Positions 1 through 11,162 of a stretch of 64,000 nt of DNA are shown piece after piece. The notes under the pieces were generated by a model that saw only the letters and a list, made by a program, of their open reading frames with translations, did not search any database and had not been told where the DNA came from. Position 1 is the first letter of the stretch. Each line of letters starts with the position of its first letter. Source of the stretch: Alphaproteobacteria bacterium (GTDB taxonomy: Bacteria > Pseudomonadota > Alphaproteobacteria > UBA828); contig CBDCRW010000005.1 of the NCBI GenBank assembly GCA_965221125.1, forward strand, positions 256,001 to 320,000, written 5' to 3'. The position numbers and the translations under genes were made by a program.

Positions 1-295
1 ACATGGCGAGTGGGTTCTCGTGAGTGTAGCCGTGGACGCCGATCTCGTGGCCGTGCTTCGCGACCATCTCGGCTTCCCTCGGGAAGCTCTCGATGGAGTG
101 GCCGGTGATGTCCCAGGTCGTCCTGATGCCGTAGCGGGCGAACACGTCGAGGATGCGCGGCACCCCCTTGCGCGCCGCGAAGACGCCGCGCGAGATGTCG
201 CAGGGCGAATCCGCGCCGCCGAACGATCCGATCCAGAGCGAAACCGCATCGAAGTGCGGATTGATGCAAACCTGGATGTCCTTTGCCGTGGCCAT
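1..295 (-). CDS. Polysaccharide deacetylase (CE4, PuuE/HpPgdA-like), 5' part; runs off the window
   Basis: Manual translation MATAKDIQVCINPHFDAVSLWIGSFGG...GVPRILDVFARYGIRTTW...GHEIGVHGYTHENP, with the CE4 HGYxHE metal motif. SD-like GGAGGGGAG upstream. Confidence 0.85.
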   Translation of the reverse strand, partial: MATAKDIQVCINPHFDAVSLWIGSFGGADSPCDISRGVFAARKGVPRILDVFARYGIRTTWDITGHSIESFPREAEMVAKHGHEIGVHGYTHENPLAM

Positions 296-462
296 GGTCT
301 CCCCTCCCCGTGCAGCCCGGTCGCCGTGTCCGCCGATGATAGCGCGCGACGCGCCGGCCGGGCTCCTTTTCCGCCTTCTCTCGGCCTCTAGGGCGCGCTA
401 CGCTCACGGCAAGGCGCGGGGCAAGAGGGACGCGGCCGGCGGCGGCCGCGGGGAGGCGAGCG

Positions 463-1557
463 ATGACCAAGCCGGTGCTGAACCTGACGGGCGAGCCCAA
501 GGATCGCGGCCGCGCCCACGGCGAGATTCTCTCGCGGGAGATCGACCAGAACCTCGACCGCTACCTCAAGCGCTTCCAGCTCTTAGGGTTCGAGAAGGAC
601 GCGCTGATGGCGGAGTCCGCGACCTGGGCCGAGGCGCTCCGACCGAAGGACCCGATCTTCTGGGAGGAGATCGACGGCGTGGTCGAGGGCTCGGGCAGGA
701 GCCTGGAGGAGATCACGCTGCTCAATGTGCGCTACGAGCTGCTCGTCGGCATGATGAAGAGCAAGGCACAGGCCGCGCCACTGCCGGCCGGGGCGGCCGA
801 CGGCTGCACCTCGTTCGCGGTGCTGCCCGAGCGCTCGAAGAACGGCGATACCGTGATCGGCCAGAACTGGGACTGGGTGCGGGACATCAACACCGCGGTC
901 TCGCGGGTGACGCGGGACGATGGGCCGGACTTCATCCACATCGGCGAGGTCGGCACCATCGGCGGCATGCAGGGCGTGAACGAGCACGGCATCGGCGTCT
1001 GCATCAACGCCCTGATGACGACGGAGGACGGCACCTACGAATACGAGAGGCCCTTCCGCATGCGGGTGCGGGACATCCTGAATGCCCGCAACATGCACGA
1101 GGCGATCCTCGCCATCTGCGGCACCAACCGCACCGTCGCGATGAACTTCCTCATCGCGCACGAGGACGGCATCGCCATCGACATCGAGACGAGCCCGGAC
1201 AAGGAGGCCTTCATCTACCCGGAGGACGGCCTGCTCACCCACTCCAACCACTTCTGCGCGCTCGACGTGGAATCGGAGGTGGTGAAGCTCTGGCCCAACA
1301 CCATGTACCGCCACGTGCGCCTCGAACGGCTGCTCAGGCAGTCGCAGGAGCTGGACGTGCCGGCCATCGGGGACGCCATGGCCGACCACTTCGCGCACCC
1401 GCACTCGATCTGCGCGCACTACGACGAGGACGAGCCGGAGAACCTGCGGCTGGAGACCAACCATTCGGTGGTGATCTCGCTGAAGCAGCGGACGCTGCAC
1501 ATCACCGACACCCAGCCCTGCCGCTCGTCGTTCGAGGCGTATCCGCTCGCCGCGTGA
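463..1557 (+). CDS. Peptidase C45 family (acyl-CoA:6-APA acyltransferase-like Ntn hydrolase)
   Basis: RGRAHG N-terminus, DG-CTS autoprocessing site, GQNWD, GVNEHG, THSNHF. GGAGG SD upstream. Confidence 0.88.
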   Translation: MTKPVLNLTGEPKDRGRAHGEILSREIDQNLDRYLKRFQLLGFEKDALMAESATWAEALRPKDPIFWEEIDGVVEGSGRSLEEITLLNVRYELLVGMMKSKAQAAPLPAGAADGCTSFAVLPERSKNGDTVIGQNWDWVRDINTAVSRVTRDDGPDFIHIGEVGTIGGMQGVNEHGIGVCINALMTTEDGTYEYERPFRMRVRDILNARNMHEAILAICGTNRTVAMNFLIAHEDGIAIDIETSPDKEAFIYPEDGLLTHSNHFCALDVESEVVKLWPNTMYRHVRLERLLRQSQELDVPAIGDAMADHFAHPHSICAHYDEDEPENLRLETNHSVVISLKQRTLHITDTQPCRSSFEAYPLAA

Positions 1558-1591
1558 GCGCCGGCCCGCGGGGCTCGGACGAGGCCGCGCC

Positions 1592-1932
1592 ATGTGCGCC
1601 TTCTGCGCGATGATGGCGGACGGCAGCACCCATTGGACCGAGGCCGGCACCGATGCCGGGCAGACAGAAGAACCCGAGAGCGGGCGCGCGCGCTACCTCG
1701 GCCGCCTGCGCCGGGTCGCGCTGGTCAACCGCATCCTCGATCACTACGGCTGCGAGGCGTCGGACTGGGCCAACAACCAGTACGTCGTCAGGAGTCGCGA
1801 CGGGCGGACGAGCCTGGTGGCGCACCTGCCCCAGGTCTGGGCGGCGGCGGAGGAGATCGCCGGCCGCCCGCTCGACCCCCTGGACCCGGCGCTCGTGGAT
1901 GCGCTCCGCCGCGCCACTGCGCCTGCGGGAGT

Positions 1933-1936
<4 letters not shown>
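1592..1936 (+). CDS. Small hypothetical protein with N-terminal MCxxC motif
   Basis: MCAFCAM...HWTE...DW...LW..AE...GRPLDPLDP. Coding-like codon usage; follows the C45 gene by 34 bp. Confidence 0.75.
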
Positions 1937-3798
<1,862 letters not shown>

Positions 3799-3904
3799 GG
3801 CGGGTTTCTGCGCCGTCCGCGCGTGCGGCGCAAGGCCCGGCCGACGCCGATTCCGCGGATGTGCGACAATGGCGGCCACACACAGGGATGAGGGAGAGCG
3901 CCCC

Positions 3905-4237
3905 ATGCTGATCGTCGCCGTCGTCTTCGAGTTCGTGCCCGGCGGGTTCGACCGCATCGAGGCGGAGGTCCTCGACGCCGTCGAGAACTCGCGCAAGGAG
4001 CCCGGCGCGCAGATCTACGACTGGGCCATCGACGTCACCGCGCCCAACCGGGCCATCATCTTCGAGGTGTGGGACGACCAGGCGGCGCTCGATGCGCACT
4101 TCACCCATCCCTACATGGACACCCTCGTCGCGGCGCTGAGCGCGGCCAACATCCGCGGCGACATCACCCACTACTCGGCGGAGATCTACGACGTGAGCGG
4201 CAAGCGCGACATGGGCTTCCGGCTGCCGACCGAATAG
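3905..4237 (+). CDS. Putative quinol monooxygenase (ABM domain)
   Basis: SRKEPG...FEVWDDQAALDAHFTHP ABM pattern. SD GGAGAG upstream. Confidence 0.85.
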   Translation: MLIVAVVFEFVPGGFDRIEAEVLDAVENSRKEPGAQIYDWAIDVTAPNRAIIFEVWDDQAALDAHFTHPYMDTLVAALSAANIRGDITHYSAEIYDVSGKRDMGFRLPTE

Positions 4238-4260
4238 TGCGTGCCGAACGAGGTATCGCC

Positions 4261-4674
4261 GTGAGCGCCGGCCCCATCGCGCCGCCCTTCGACGAGAGCG
4301 CGGCGCGCGCCATCGTCCAGGCCTTCGAGGACGCCTGGAACCGCAGGGTCGCCGAAGAGATCCCCAAGACCTGCACGGCGGACACACGCTGGCGCTACCG
4401 CGAGGCCTTCGTCGAAGGGCGGGAGAACATCGTGCCGTTCCTGCGCGAACGCTGGCCGCTGCAGGAGCACTATCGGCTCAGGAAGGAGCTGTGGAGCTAC
4501 ACGGCGAACCGCATCTCCGTGCGCTTCGTCAGCGAATGGCGCCACCGCGACAGCGGCCAGTGGTACCGGACGCACGGCAACGAGCACTGGGCGTTCGCGG
4601 CGGACGGGCTGCAGAGCGTGCTCGATCTCTCCGCCAACGACATCCCGATCGAGGAGTCCGAGCGCTCGCTCTGA
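4261..4674 (+). CDS. DUF1348 / NTF2-like (SnoaL-like) protein
   Basis: PPFDE..A...EDAWN, YRLRKELW, RISVRF, GQWYRTHGNEHW, SANDIPI. GTG start after GAGGT. Confidence 0.85.
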   Translation: MSAGPIAPPFDESAARAIVQAFEDAWNRRVAEEIPKTCTADTRWRYREAFVEGRENIVPFLRERWPLQEHYRLRKELWSYTANRISVRFVSEWRHRDSGQWYRTHGNEHWAFAADGLQSVLDLSANDIPIEESERSL

Positions 4675-4692
4675 TTACCAGCCGAGTGGGGA

Positions 4693-6411
4693 TTACCAAC
4701 CCAGCGCGCGGCTCATGCGCCGGGGGTCGGCGGCGCCTTCGATCCCGCCGGTCTCGAGGTCCTGGCGGACGGCGCAGACGCCGCCGGTCCAGTGCGACCA
4801 GTCGTCCAGCCGCTCGACCCGGTGGCCGCGCGCGGCGAGCGCATCGCCGGTCGTGTCGTCAAAGCGCCCTTCGAGGGTGACGAGGCCCGGACGCGCCGCG
4901 TGGGGCGCGAAGGAATCCGGGTGGCTGTGGGTGACGAGGCGCGGGGCCTCCACCGCATCCTGCAGGCCGAGGCCGAAGGCCAGGTGGCCGAGTAGCGTCT
5001 GCAGGTTCGCCTGAATTTGCGTGTCGCCGCCGGGGGTGCCGAAGGGCATGACCCAGCGGCCGGGAGAGAGGGCGAGGCAGGGGTTGGGCGTGAGCCGCGG
5101 CCGCTTGCCCGGCGCGAGGCAGGAGGGGTGCCCCCGCACTGCCCGCGACTGCGCGCCGCGCGAGGAGACCGCGAGCCCGGTCCCCGGCACCACCGGCGTA
5201 TCCCAGCTCGTGTCCGACGGCGTCGAGCAGAGCGCGTTCCCGTCCCCGTCGATGACGCAGACGATGGACGTGTCGGCCGGCGGCTTCAGCGACGCGGAGC
5301 ACGCGCCCGCCGGCGGAACGTATGGCTCGTGGCCCGCGATCCGGCCGGGGCGCGGCATGCCGGGGGATGCCGTGCGGGGGTCGATGGCCTTGCTCCGCTC
5401 CGCCGCGTAGGCGTCGCTGGTGAGCGCATCGAGAGGCACGTCCACGAAGTCCGGGTCGCCGAGGTAGCCTTCCCGGTCGGCGAACGTGAGCTTGAGGGTC
5501 TCGGCGATTGTATGCAGGTAAGCGTCCGAACCGTACTGCCGATCGGCGATGCCCGCCGCCTCGGCGATGGCGAGCGCCTCCAGCAGGAACGGCCCCTGGC
5601 ACCAGGCGCCGCAGGTGTGGACCTCGACCGCCTCGCCGTCGAAGCGGAAGCGCCGGGAAACGGAGGGCACGATCCGGCAGCGGAAGGAGTCCAGGTCGTC
5701 CGCCGTGAGCAGCCCGTCGTTCTCTCTCTGGTGCGCGAGAATCTGGCGCGCGATGTCGCCCCGGTAGAACGCGCGGCGCACGGCGGCGAGGCCGGCCATG
5801 CGGTCGCCGCCGGCCGCGCGCTCCTCATCGCAGAGGAACTTGAGGGTCCGGCCGAGATCGGCTTGTACCAGCCGCTCGCCAGGCGCCGGCACGGCGCCGC
5901 CGGGCATCCAGATCGCGACGTTCTCCGGCCACTGGCGGAATTCATCGGCGTGGCTGCGCACGTAATCGAGCATGACCGGGTGGCGGGGAAAACCCTCGGC
6001 CGCGTAGCGCACCGCGCGCGCCGCCACGTCGCGGAAGCACATGGTGCCCCAGCGCTCCAGCGCCTGGATGCAGGCGTCCGGGGCGGCCGGCACCACGGTG
6101 CGCCGCACGCCGAGGGGGATGGTGCCCCCGTGGCGCGCGATGAAGGCGTCCGCGTCGAGCGCCCGCGGCCAGCCGCCGACGCCGGCGATGGTGACGACCT
6201 CGCCGGTCGCCGCGAGGCGGACGATCATCGGCGCGACCCCGGCCACGCTCACCTGGTCGCTGTAGACGACGCCGAGGGTCAGGATCGCGGCGACGCCCGC
6301 GTCGATCGCGTTGCCGCCGTTCTCCAGCGCCTCGAACGCGGCCAGCGCCGCGAGCTCGTGGCCTGCGCTGACGACGTGGTGGTGGCCGCGGGTGACGGGG
6401 ACGACGGACAT
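4693..6411 (-). CDS. Gamma-glutamyltransferase family protein
   Basis: GGNAIDA, FYRGDIA, ADREGYLGDP, D-T(SIV) nucleophile site, PGKRPRLT, GTPGGD, GAADPR. Confidence 0.92.
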   Translation of the reverse strand: MSVVPVTRGHHHVVSAGHELAALAAFEALENGGNAIDAGVAAILTLGVVYSDQVSVAGVAPMIVRLAATGEVVTIAGVGGWPRALDADAFIARHGGTIPLGVRRTVVPAAPDACIQALERWGTMCFRDVAARAVRYAAEGFPRHPVMLDYVRSHADEFRQWPENVAIWMPGGAVPAPGERLVQADLGRTLKFLCDEERAAGGDRMAGLAAVRRAFYRGDIARQILAHQRENDGLLTADDLDSFRCRIVPSVSRRFRFDGEAVEVHTCGAWCQGPFLLEALAIAEAAGIADRQYGSDAYLHTIAETLKLTFADREGYLGDPDFVDVPLDALTSDAYAAERSKAIDPRTASPGMPRPGRIAGHEPYVPPAGACSASLKPPADTSIVCVIDGDGNALCSTPSDTSWDTPVVPGTGLAVSSRGAQSRAVRGHPSCLAPGKRPRLTPNPCLALSPGRWVMPFGTPGGDTQIQANLQTLLGHLAFGLGLQDAVEAPRLVTHSHPDSFAPHAARPGLVTLEGRFDDTTGDALAARGHRVERLDDWSHWTGGVCAVRQDLETGGIEGAADPRRMSRALGW

Positions 6412-6520
6412 GGCAACCTGCGAAAGCGGTGGACGGGCATGGGTTGGCCCGGAGCAGTATAGACTGTAATGCAACGGCGGCGTCTCGCCTGCCGATCAAC
6501 CTCACGGGGGCCGAAAGTCA

Positions 6521-7285
6521 ATGCAACGTGTGTGTCTTGTCATCGGCGCCGGCGCCGGGATCGGCAGCCATGTCGGAAGCCGCTTCGCCCGCGAGGGCTA
6601 CCACGCCGTCCTCTGCCGGCGGACGGACGAGCAAGGGCTGAGCCGCGCGGTCGCCGCCATCGTCGCGGAGGGCGCCGCCGCCTCGGGCTTCCTGCTGAAC
6701 GCCGTGGCGCCCGATGCGATCGAGGAGCGCATCGCCGCGGTCGAGGCGGAGATCGGGCCGATCGAGGTGGCGGTCTACAACCTGGGCGCGCAGATCGGCG
6801 ACCGGGCGCTTGCAGACACCAGCCACAAGGCATTCGAGCTGGGCTGGCGGCTTGCGACCTTCGGCCTGTTCCGCACCGCATCCAGCGTCTGCCCGCTGAT
6901 GGCGGAACGGGGCGGGGGGACGATCCTCGTGACCTCGGCGACTGCGGCGATGCGCGGCAACAAGGGCCAGCATTCCCACGCTTCCGCCATGGCCGGGCGG
7001 CGCATGCTGTGCCAGAGCCTCAATGCGGAGTTCGGGCCGAAGGGCATTCACGTGGCCCACGTCATCGTCGACGGCATGGTCGATGCGCCCGATACCCTGG
7101 GCCGGATGCTGGGCGCGGACGGGTTCCGCAAGCTGCGGGAGGAACGGGGGCTGGAGAAGGACGGCCTGCTGCTCCCCGCCGCGATCGCCGATACCTATTT
7201 CCACCTGTCGCAGCAGCACCGCTCCGCCTGGACGCAGGAGCTGGATTTGCGGCCGTTCTCCGACAAGCCGTGGTGGAACGACTGA
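6521..7285 (+). CDS. Short-chain dehydrogenase/reductase (SDR)
   Basis: GAGAGIG Rossmann motif, VYNLG, TSATAAMRG, GIHVAHVIVDG, WTQELDLRP. Confidence 0.9.
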   Translation: MQRVCLVIGAGAGIGSHVGSRFAREGYHAVLCRRTDEQGLSRAVAAIVAEGAAASGFLLNAVAPDAIEERIAAVEAEIGPIEVAVYNLGAQIGDRALADTSHKAFELGWRLATFGLFRTASSVCPLMAERGGGTILVTSATAAMRGNKGQHSHASAMAGRRMLCQSLNAEFGPKGIHVAHVIVDGMVDAPDTLGRMLGADGFRKLREERGLEKDGLLLPAAIADTYFHLSQQHRSAWTQELDLRPFSDKPWWND

Positions 7286-7287
7286 GG

Positions 7288-7322
7288 TCGGAGCGTTTCC
7301 GTACCTGACGGACGCGCTCTAA
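7288..7322 (-). repeat. Collapsed (solo-hairpin) copy of repeat family B
   Basis: The reverse complement TTAGAGCGCGTCCGT-CAGGT-ACGGAAACGCTCCGA joins the left end and the right end of the family B copies at 16136 and 25661. Confidence 0.7.
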
Positions 7323-7556
7323 AGCGATTTCCGATCTTACGAGATCACTGCGGACGGAGCGTTCCCACCTCCCCCTGTCCCCCTCCCCCCAATGGGCGGA
7401 GGGGGGACGCTGACACCGATGGCGGAGTCTCCCTCTCCTCCCCTCGGGGGAGGAGAGGGCCGGGGTGAGGTGGGGGATTCTTCTGGCCGCGCGGAATGTG
7501 AAGTCGTGACTCTGCGGCAACTGCGAACGATTCCGGCCGGTCGGAAACCGCTCCAG
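7319..7556. repeat. MITE-like palindromic repeat, family A copy 1
   Basis: Imperfect terminal inverted repeats CTAAAGCGATTTCCGATC / GGTCGGAAACCGCTCCAG. Internal CCCTCTCCTCCCC-TC-GGGGGAGGAGAGGG hairpin. Closely similar to 17768-18125. Confidence 0.85.
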
Positions 7557-7625
7557 CCAGCCGGTGACGCCGGCCTGCTTGTCAGGCGTGCTTGCAACGC
7601 GACCGTCCCTCCGCCACAATCGCAG

Positions 7626-7716
7626 GCGCTCTGGGGGAGCCGTACGCGGCTGAGAGGTCGGACCCACCCGACGACCCCTTGAACCTGATCCGGTTAGGAC
7701 CGGCGTAGGAAACGAG
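7626..7716 (+). ncRNA. TPP riboswitch (THI element)
   Basis: GGGGAGC...GGCTGAGAGG...GACCCCTTGAACCTGATCCGGTTAGGACCGGCGTAGGAA matches the THI consensus and lies directly upstream of the thiamine-precursor ABC transporter. Confidence 0.95.
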
Positions 7717-7718
7717 AC

Positions 7719-8494
7719 GTGCCCCCGCCACAACACCAACACTCCGAATCGAACCACGCCGTTCGCGTGCACGGCGCGCGCGCTTCGGCTTCGAAGGCAC
7801 GCTGCTCTTCGACGGCCTGGAGCTCGGCCTGGAGCGGGGACGCTGGACCTGCCTGCTGGGGCCGAGCGGCGTGGGGAAATCCAGCCTGCTGCGGGTCATT
7901 GCGGGCCTGGAGCGGCTGGAGGCCGGCGGCCTCGCCGTGGACGGCGGTGCGTCGGTCGCCTACATGGCGCAGCAGGACCTGTTGATGCCGTGGCTGAGCG
8001 CGCTCGGCAACGTCTCCCTCGGCGCGCGCCTGCGCGGCGAGACGCCGGACCGCGCACGCGCGCGCGCGATGCTGGAGCGCGTGGGCCTCGGCGGAGAGGC
8101 CGACGCGCTGCCGCACACGCTCTCCGGAGGCATGCGCCAGCGGGTGGCGCTCGCGCGTACGCTGATGGAGGACCGCCCCATCGTCCTCATGGACGAGCCG
8201 TTCTCCGCGCTCGACGCGATCACGCGCATGCGGCTGCAGGAGCTTGCCGCCGGCCTGCTCGCCAGCCGCACGGTGCTGCTGGTGACCCACGACCCGCTGG
8301 AGGCGCTGCGGCTGGGGGATCGCATCTACGTCATGGCGGGGCGCCCGGCCTCGCTGCAGAGCGCGCCCGCGCCCGACGGCCCGCCGCCCCGCAGGCCCCG
8401 CGACCGCTCCCTGCAGGCGATGCATGCGGAGCTGCTCGAACGGCTCGGCGCGGCCGACGACGCCGGGGCCGAGCTGCGGCCCGCCACCCGATGA
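7719..8494 (+). pseudogene. thiZ: Thiamine-precursor (HMP) ABC transporter ATPase, ThiZ-like, with an apparent 2-bp frameshift at 7774-7783
   Basis: The GTG 7719 frame gives ...HAVRVHGAR, and a second frame continues FGFEGTLLFDGL...LLGPSGVGKS, LSGGMRQR, LMDEPF, LVTHD. The frames join if one GC of (GC)5 is removed. May be a sequencing error. Confidence 0.8.
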
Positions 8495-8506
8495 CGGCGG
8501 CGGGGA

Positions 8507-9247
8507 ATGCGCGCCCTCAGGCTGACGGCGGTCTGCGGCCTTCTGGTCCTGGTCTGGCAGGCGGTGGTCTGGCTGGCGGAGACGCCCCACTACATCCTGC
8601 CGGGGCCGGCGCGGGTTGCTGCGACCTGGTGGGAGCACGCCGGGCTGATCCTGGAGCATGCCCAGACCACGGTTCTGGAGATCGCGCTGGGGCTCGTCCT
8701 CGGCACGCTGCTCGGCGTCGTCAGCGCGCTGGTGCTCACCTACGTGCGGCCGGCGCGGCTCTGGCTGCTGCCGGTGCTGGTCGCCTCCCAAGCGGTGCCG
8801 GTCTTCGCGCTCGCGCCGATCCTCGTGCTCTGGCTCGGCTACGGCATCGCGTCCAAGGTCGCGATGGCGACGCTCATCATCTACTTCCCCGTGGCCGCCA
8901 ACTTCTTCGACGGGCTGAGGCGGACCGAGCCCGGCTGGCTCGACCTCGCCCGCGCCATGGGCGCGCGCCCGTGGCGGACGCTCTGGCGCATCCGCGTGCC
9001 GGCGGCGCTGCCCGCGCTGGCCTCGGGCGTCCGCGTGGCGGCGGCGGTGGCGCCCATCGGCGCCGTGGTGGGCGAGTGGGTGGGCTCGAGCGCGGGCCTC
9101 GGCTTCCTCATGCTGCACGCCAACGGGCGCATGCAGATCGACCTGATGTTCGCCGCGCTGCTCACCCTCGCGGTCTTCGCGGTGACGATCTACTTCATCA
9201 TCGACCACGTGCTGCGCCGAGCCCTGCACTGGCAGCCCGACGCGTAG
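8507..9247 (+). CDS. thiX: ABC transporter permease, ThiX-like
   Basis: Hydrophobic; ILPGP, PVFALAP, VPAALP, GAVVGEWVG...GLG (SsuC/TauC family). Lies in the TPP riboswitch operon. Confidence 0.88.
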   Translation: MRALRLTAVCGLLVLVWQAVVWLAETPHYILPGPARVAATWWEHAGLILEHAQTTVLEIALGLVLGTLLGVVSALVLTYVRPARLWLLPVLVASQAVPVFALAPILVLWLGYGIASKVAMATLIIYFPVAANFFDGLRRTEPGWLDLARAMGARPWRTLWRIRVPAALPALASGVRVAAAVAPIGAVVGEWVGSSAGLGFLMLHANGRMQIDLMFAALLTLAVFAVTIYFIIDHVLRRALHWQPDA

Positions 9248-9270
9248 CGCACCGGCAGGGAGGACGTTAG

Positions 9271-10230
9271 ATGCGGAAATTGACCAGGACGCTGATGGTT
9301 GCGGCCGCCGTTTGTCTGGCTGCGGCGGTGCTCGCCCCGAGACCTTCCGGGGCTGCGGAGACGATGACCCTGATGCTCGACTGGTTCATCAACCCCGACC
9401 ACGCGCCGCTCTTCGTGGCGCAGGAGAAGGGCTACTTCGCGGAGGCCGGGCTGGAGGTCGAGCTGATCGCGCCGGCCGATCCCAACGACCCGCCGAAGCT
9501 GGTCGCCGCCGGCAAGGCGGACCTCGCGGTCTCCTACCAGCCGCAGCTTCACCTGCAGGTGGCCGAGGGGCTGCCGCTGGTCAGGATCGCGACGCTGGTG
9601 GCGACCCCGCTCAACACGCTGCTGGTGCTGGCCGACGGGCCGGTGCAATCCATCGCCGACCTCAAGGGGCGCACGGTGGGCTACTCGGTCGGCGGCTTCG
9701 AGGACGCGCTGCTCGGCGCCATGCTCGAGCGCCACGGCCTGAGCGTGGACGACGTGACGCTGGTCAACGTCAACTTCTCGCTCTCGCCGTCGCTGATCTC
9801 GGGCCAGGTCGATGCGGTGATCGGCGCCTACCGCAACTTCGAGCTCAACCAGATGGATATCGAGGGCCGCCCCGGCCGCGCCTTCTACATCGAGGAGGAA
9901 GGCGTGCCGCCCTACGACGAGCTGATCGTCGTGGCCCAGAGCGGGCGGCAGGGCGAGCCCGCGATGCGCCGCTTCGTCGATGCGCTGGAGCGCGGCGTGC
10001 AGTTCCTCATCAACCACCCGGACGAGTCCTGGCAGCTCTTCCTGCGGGGGCGGGAGGAGCTCGACGACGAGCTCAACAAACGCGCCTGGCGCGACACGCT
10101 GCCGCGCTTCGCGCTCCGGCCGGCGGCGCTGGATACCGCGCGCTACGAGCGCTTCGCGGCCTTCCTCCAGGCGCAAGGCCTGATCCCGGAGGCGCTGCCC
10201 GCTTCGGCCTACGCGGTGGAACTCGACTGA
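9271..10230 (+). CDS. thiY: ABC substrate-binding protein, ThiY (NMT1/THI5-like)
   Basis: Signal peptide, LDWFINPDH, DLAVSYQP, GAYRNFE, GVPPYDEL. Confidence 0.92.
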   Translation: MRKLTRTLMVAAAVCLAAAVLAPRPSGAAETMTLMLDWFINPDHAPLFVAQEKGYFAEAGLEVELIAPADPNDPPKLVAAGKADLAVSYQPQLHLQVAEGLPLVRIATLVATPLNTLLVLADGPVQSIADLKGRTVGYSVGGFEDALLGAMLERHGLSVDDVTLVNVNFSLSPSLISGQVDAVIGAYRNFELNQMDIEGRPGRAFYIEEEGVPPYDELIVVAQSGRQGEPAMRRFVDALERGVQFLINHPDESWQLFLRGREELDDELNKRAWRDTLPRFALRPAALDTARYERFAAFLQAQGLIPEALPASAYAVELD

Positions 10231-10332
10231 CCGGGGGCTGTCGCGCCGGCAGGCGCGCGGAAGCAAAGGACGGCCGGCTGCCGTGAGCGGAAAATTCGTA
10301 GAGCGTTTCCGTTCAGGGCGGATACGCTCTAC
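10231..10332 (+). repeat. Repeat family B, partial (3' half) copy
   Basis: TCGCGCCGGCAGGCGCG...CTGCCGTGAGCG...GTAGAGCGTTTCCG-TTCAGGG-CGGATACGCTCTAC. Homologous to 16136-16315. Confidence 0.8.
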
Positions 10333-10369
10333 TTTCCCGCCCGACGCCGCCTGCGGAGGATCCCGGCCC

Positions 10370-11083
10370 ATGATCGACGCCCATTACTGGCCGACGCCCA
10401 ATGGATGGAAGATCTCCATCGCGCTGGAGGAGATGGACCTCGACTACCGGATCGTCCCGGTCAACATCTACCGGGGCGAGCAGTACGAGCCCGACTTCCT
10501 CGCCATCAGCCCGAACAACCGGATGCCGGCGATCGTCGATCACGATCCGGCTGACGGCGGCGAGCCGCTCGCGGTGTTCGAGTCCGGCGCGATCCTGATC
10601 TATCTCGCCGAAAAGACCGGGCGCTTCCTGCCGGCGGACCTGCGCGGGCGCAAGACGGTGCTCGAATGGCTCTCGTGGCAGCTCGGCGGCCTCGGCCCGA
10701 TGATCGGCCAGGCCGGCCACTTCAAACTCTATGCGCCGGAGCAGATTCCCTACGCCATCGAGCGCTACCGCGCGGAAATGCTGCGCCTCTACGGCGTGCT
10801 CGACCGCAGGCTGGAGGGGCGCGAGCACATCGCGGGCGACTACTCCATCGCCGACATGGCCTGCTGGCCCTGGGTCATCACCTACAAGGGGCAGAAGGTC
10901 GACCTCGACGCCTTCCCCAACGTGAAGCGCTGGTACAAGGCGCTGCAGCAGCGCCCGGCGCTCCGGCGCGGCTACGACGCCGGCAAGGAGCTCGGCAAGC
11001 TCAAGACGGAGTGGGACGAGGAAACCAAGCGAAACCTCCTGCCCGGCTACCGGCCGGAGCGCGCGGCGGGTAGCGCCGGCTGA
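10370..11083 (+). CDS. Glutathione S-transferase, YfcG-like disulfide oxidoreductase
   Basis: WPTPNGWK, SPNNRMPAIVD, FESGAILIYLAEK, GLGPMIGQ, YSIADMACWPW. Confidence 0.93.
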   Translation: MIDAHYWPTPNGWKISIALEEMDLDYRIVPVNIYRGEQYEPDFLAISPNNRMPAIVDHDPADGGEPLAVFESGAILIYLAEKTGRFLPADLRGRKTVLEWLSWQLGGLGPMIGQAGHFKLYAPEQIPYAIERYRAEMLRLYGVLDRRLEGREHIAGDYSIADMACWPWVITYKGQKVDLDAFPNVKRWYKALQQRPALRRGYDAGKELGKLKTEWDEETKRNLLPGYRPERAAGSAG

Positions 11084-11162
11084 GACGCGCGCCGGGGTGC
11101 GGCGCCTCGGGGCGAGGTGCCATAATGGCGGCGCGCAGTCGCGTCAGAGGGAGGCAGGGACC

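Noticed and set aside
4673-4698. Direct repeat GATTACCA twice between convergent genes
   Set aside because: Only 8 bp and overlapping the stop codons. Could be chance, and there is nothing substantial between the copies.
7337-7682. Short ORFs within family A repeats (also 17786-18125) and N-terminal extensions of GST/glpK through family B
   Set aside because: These are translations of palindromic repeat DNA, with no RBS or family motif.
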